The notes beneath the pieces are model-generated. The model was not told where the DNA came from. It saw only the letters and a program-made list of their open reading frames with translations, and did not search any database. Of a stretch of 64,000 nucleotides of DNA, positions 60,765 to 64,000 are shown one piece after another. Source of the stretch: an uncultured Clostridia bacterium (GTDB lineage: Bacteria; Bacillota; Clostridia; Oscillospirales; Acutalibacteraceae). The translations under genes and the position numbers were made by a program. Position 1 is the first letter of the stretch. Every line of letters starts with the position of its first letter. The stretch is taken from positions 31,014 through 95,013 of the forward strand of contig CAMHOE010000002.1 in NCBI GenBank assembly GCA_946186665.1. The letters run 5' to 3'.

Positions 60765-63098
60765 TCAGAGCACCTCAAGCCTGATCTCATCATCAGCAGT
60801 TACATTTATAGCGGCAATTTCGCCTGTTCTGCTGTTGACAATAGCAGCTGCGATCTTATCCTCGACCTCTCTGCGTATGAGGTTGCGGAGATCTCTTGCG
60901 CCGCTCTTTCCGCCATATGCTTTCTTTGCAAGATATTTCTGTGCTTTTTCATCATAAGTAAAGCTGATACCCTTTTCTTTGAGGGTATCCACATATTCCT
61001 TCAGCATAAGATCGGATATCAGAACGAAATCCTCTTCTGAAAGCTGTCTGAAAATGATTATCTCATCCAGACGGCTGAGAAACTCCGGACGCAGGAACTC
61101 TGACAAAGCCGTGCGGACTTTATCAGCCGTAGCCTCTGCTTCTGTCTTTGCAAAGCCCAGCGCATTTTCTCTGCGCTCGCTTCCTGCATTTGAGGTCATC
61201 ACGATGACTGTATTGCTGAAATTGACCTTCCTGCCCTGCGCATCTGTCAGGACACCCTCATCAAGTATCTGTAAAAGTATGTTAAGCACATCCGGATGTG
61301 CCTTTTCTATTTCATCAAAGAGCAGAACTGAGTACGGACGGCGTCTTACCTTTTCCGTTACCTGACCTGCCTCCTCGTAACCCACATATCCCGGAGGCGA
61401 ACCTATGATCTTTGACACAGAATGTTTCTCCATAAACTCAGACATATCAAGCCTTATAAGAGTCTCCGGAGTGTTGAACAGCTCCTCTGAAAGTACCTTT
61501 ACAAGTTCTGTCTTTCCCACACCTGTAGGTCCTACGAAAATAAAGGACGACGGTCTGCGTCTGGGACTTATCTGTACCCTGCTGCGCTTTACGGCAGCCG
61601 AAAGGGCTTCTACAGCTTCATCCTGTCCGATGACCTTACTCTTAAGGTGCTGTTCAAGGTCGGCAAGCTTATTAAGCTCATTCTCCTGCACCTTTGAAGC
61701 GGGTATGCCCGTCCACAGCTCAATAACATGAGCGATATCCTCTTCTGTAACGTCTGCTGTGAGAGAAGCCTTGTCGATCTCGCCAAGACTCTTTTCAAGC
61801 TTTGCGATATCGTAACGTACTGTTGCCAGCTTCTCATAGTCTATCTCATTCTGTGAAGCAAGCTCTTCTTCCTGATCCTTAAGCTCTGCAAGCTTTGCGT
61901 TGTCACGGTCAAAGGTTTCCAGCTCCTTGTTTCTCAGAGCCGCATGGGTACATGACTCATCAAGAAGATCTATCGCCTTGTCCGGCAGGAAACGATCGGT
62001 AATATATCTTTCTGAAAGTATTACAGTTTTGCGGACTATCTCATCCGACATCTTTACTCTGTGATAATCCTCATAGTAGGACTTGACGCCCTTTATAACG
62101 TCGATCGTATCACCTATTGACGGTTCTGCCACCGTTACAGGCTGGAAACGTCTTTCAAGTGCCGCATCCTTCTCGATATACTTTCTGTATTCATTGAAGG
62201 TCGTTGCGCCAATTACCTGTATCTCACCTCTTGAAAGGGCAGGCTTCATGATATTTGCAGCGTTCATGGAGCCTTCCGACTCACCGGCGCCCACAAGGCT
62301 GTGCACCTCGTCGATAAAGAGTATGACATTTCCGTCTGCCTTTACCTCTTCTATAAGACCCTTTATCCTGCTTTCAAACTGTCCCCTGAACTGTGTGCCG
62401 GCAACAAGTGAAGTTAGGTCAAGAAGATGTATCTCCTTGTTCTGAAGTCTGAGCGGAACATCTCCTGCAACTATTTTAAGCGCAAGACCCTCTGCTATTG
62501 CCGTTTTACCAACACCCGGCTCTCCTATAAGACAGGGATTGTTCTTTGTTCTTCTGCTGAGTATCTGTATAACACGGGACAGTTCGTTTTCTCTTCCGAC
62601 TATTCTGTCAAGCTCGCCGTCCCTTGCACGCTTTGTAAGGTCGGTACAGTATGCGTCAAGGTGCTTGCGTTTGCGCTTTTTAGCAGCCTTTGCATCGTCC
62701 TTTTTGCCTTTGCTCTTATTGTCATCTTTCTCGGCTCTGGGTTTCTGGTTACCGCCGGAAAAAAGATTTTTAAAGAACGGCGGAAAAGCAGGTGCGCCCC
62801 CTCTGCTGAAATCATCATCGTCACCATCGTCCTCAGCGTCCATAGACTCTTCGCCCATATCCGCAAGACCGCTCATATCCTCCGGTATCATACCGGACTC
62901 CATAAGCTCGCTCATCTGGTTCTGCATCATATCGATATCCTCTTCGGATATACCCATTTTCTCCATTATATCTGTTACAGGCTTTATGCCCGATTCTTTT
63001 GCACAGCTGAGACAGTATCCGACAGAATCGGACGAATCCGCAGAGTTCGACACAAACACTACCGCAGGCCTCTTGTTGCATTTACTGCAAAGCATCAT
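60765..63098 (-). CDS. Clp/Hsp100 double-AAA+ ATPase (ClpC/ClpA-like) with an N-terminal CxxC..CxxC zinc ribbon instead of recognisable Clp_N repeats
   Basis: Walker A GEPGVGKTA and GPTGVGKTE, with the sensor/ClpB D2-small region. N-terminus MMLCSKCNKRPAVVFV...YCLSCAKE. Confidence 0.85.
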   Translation of the reverse strand: MMLCSKCNKRPAVVFVSNSADSSDSVGYCLSCAKESGIKPVTDIMEKMGISEEDIDMMQNQMSELMESGMIPEDMSGLADMGEESMDAEDDGDDDDFSRGGAPAFPPFFKNLFSGGNQKPRAEKDDNKSKGKKDDAKAAKKRKRKHLDAYCTDLTKRARDGELDRIVGRENELSRVIQILSRRTKNNPCLIGEPGVGKTAIAEGLALKIVAGDVPLRLQNKEIHLLDLTSLVAGTQFRGQFESRIKGLIEEVKADGNVILFIDEVHSLVGAGESEGSMNAANIMKPALSRGEIQVIGATTFNEYRKYIEKDAALERRFQPVTVAEPSIGDTIDVIKGVKSYYEDYHRVKMSDEIVRKTVILSERYITDRFLPDKAIDLLDESCTHAALRNKELETFDRDNAKLAELKDQEEELASQNEIDYEKLATVRYDIAKLEKSLGEIDKASLTADVTEEDIAHVIELWTGIPASKVQENELNKLADLEQHLKSKVIGQDEAVEALSAAVKRSRVQISPRRRPSSFIFVGPTGVGKTELVKVLSEELFNTPETLIRLDMSEFMEKHSVSKIIGSPPGYVGYEEAGQVTEKVRRRPYSVLLFDEIEKAHPDVLNILLQILDEGVLTDAQGRKVNFSNTVIVMTSNAGSERRENALGFAKTEAEATADKVRTALSEFLRPEFLSRLDEIIIFRQLSEEDFVLISDLMLKEYVDTLKEKGISFTYDEKAQKYLAKKAYGGKSGARDLRNLIRREVEDKIAAAIVNSRTGEIAAINVTADDEIRLEVL

Positions 63099-63212
63099 AT
63101 TGTTTGCTCCTTTCCTTTTCCGCCCTGAGCTTCTCAGGACAATAACAAATATTCTGTTATTTTGAATATCATAACATATAATAATGAAATTGTCTATAAA
63201 AACAATCGGAAT

Positions 63213-63836
63213 TTATAGCTTCTTATCCTCATGCTCTTCGGCAGCTTCGGTTTTTTGGTCAGTCTGACCGCTTTTTTTCTCCTTAATAATTTCTACGAAA
63301 ACCATAAAATACATGGTCAGCGAGAACAGCATCGTCACTGTTGTAACGGCAATCAACGTTATACTGAGAACATGATTTGTAAATCCCCATACTGCCTTCA
63401 GCACCACAAGAGTGATTATTGATGTGTAGAATATTGTGGTAGATACTTTTCCGTACCACCTTGCAGCAGGCGGTTTGATCTTCATGCGCAGCAGAAAAGC
63501 TCCGCCGCACAGCATAAGTATCTCCTTGACAAACAGCACGATAATAAACATCAGCGTATCAGGGTACAGCACACTCATACACATTACCACTGCTATAAGT
63601 GTAAGCTTATCCGCTATAGGATCAAGTATCTTTCCCAGATCTGTTATCTGATCAAATTTTCTTGCGATAAACCCATCAAACAGATCGCTCAGTGCAGACA
63701 AAAGCAAAAGTGCGCCTGAGGCAATATAATTCTGTTTCAGCAGAAGCCTTGCCATCGGTGGGATTATCAATATCCTTATTGCAGTAAGCACATTAGGCAC
63801 TGTAAGATTGTGCCTGATATATTGTTTAAAAGACAT
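63213..63836 (-). CDS. pgsA: CDP-diacylglycerol--glycerol-3-phosphate 3-phosphatidyltransferase (CDP-alcohol phosphatidyltransferase family)
   Basis: DLFDGFIARKF...GKILDPIADK matches the D(x2)DG(x2)AR...G(x3)D(x3)D motif. Multi-TM, 207 aa. Confidence 0.8.
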   Translation of the reverse strand: MSFKQYIRHNLTVPNVLTAIRILIIPPMARLLLKQNYIASGALLLLSALSDLFDGFIARKFDQITDLGKILDPIADKLTLIAVVMCMSVLYPDTLMFIIVLFVKEILMLCGGAFLLRMKIKPPAARWYGKVSTTIFYTSIITLVVLKAVWGFTNHVLSITLIAVTTVTMLFSLTMYFMVFVEIIKEKKSGQTDQKTEAAEEHEDKKL

Positions 63837-64000
63837 GAGATATCTCCTTTAAAAAACATTCGCACTCTTATCCGAGAGAGATCCATGAGATGATCTTATC
63901 CGGAAGACTAAAATCATAAATAATTTTATAAAGCCATGAACCGTTGATACTGTCATTCACTGCCTTACAGCTGTCGGGCGGCAGGAACATCATTACAAAA

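Noticed and set aside
1-64000. Prophage, IS element, integrase, restriction or defence island
   Set aside because: I recognised no transposase, recombinase, phage structural, cas, RM or toxin-antitoxin signatures in any ORF. The only mobility evidence is the non-autonomous 164-bp insertion and the repeat family itself.

Overview
This 64 kb window is a chromosomal housekeeping segment from a Clostridia-class Firmicute. It is probably Ruminococcus/Oscillospiraceae-like, judging by a dockerin-bearing secreted protein, spoVAE, and Gram-positive dcw and FAS-II gene order. Almost every gene is on the minus strand. I can support these blocks: GNAT / crp-fnr / CPBP protease; a transglutaminase-like protein; rsmD-coaD; uvrC; a second transglutaminase-like lipoprotein; pyrB; a dcw cluster (mraZ-rsmH-[acidic ORF]-ftsL-PBP-[unknown ORF]-mraY-ftsW-murG-ftsQ-ftsZ); spoVAE; a CBS protein followed by mnmA; two ABC-F ATPases; trmL; a FAS-II/ACC cluster (fabH-fabD-fabG-fabF-accB-fabZ-accC-accD-accA); mtaB; tRNA-Leu and tRNA-Val; glgB; an XRE regulator with a short deformylase; tig-clpP-clpX; thrC; a dipeptidase; rplS-S26 paralogs-rbgA-rnhB-yraN; a ClpC-like ATPase; and pgsA. 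I saw no transposase, integrase, CRISPR array or phage genes. The unusual content is non-coding. About 19 intergenic gaps, roughly 4.8 kb by summing my own coordinates, are filled by one family of modular mosaic repeats. The family is built from about 10 recurring hairpin-rich modules plus arrays of 7-nt repeats that all carry GTG once per heptad (TGGAATG, TAGTGAA, CAATGTG, TAGTGGT). The modules occur in both orientations and in different orders, and they are locally amplified (27 bp x6, 93 bp x2, 205 bp x3.2). In one place a module is split by a 164-bp insertion with terminal inverted repeats and a TATA target duplication. In several places the modules run into ORF ends and supply stop codons or C-terminal tails for crp, mnmA, trmL, rsmH and mtaB. 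I cannot name this family from memory, and I treat it as the main candidate for something undescribed. Secondary oddities are a PyrB fused to only the zinc domain of PyrI, an FtsQ with a 36-bp-repeat acidic tail, a HEPN-like/CBS fusion next to mnmA, and a catalytically degenerate third signal-peptidase paralog.
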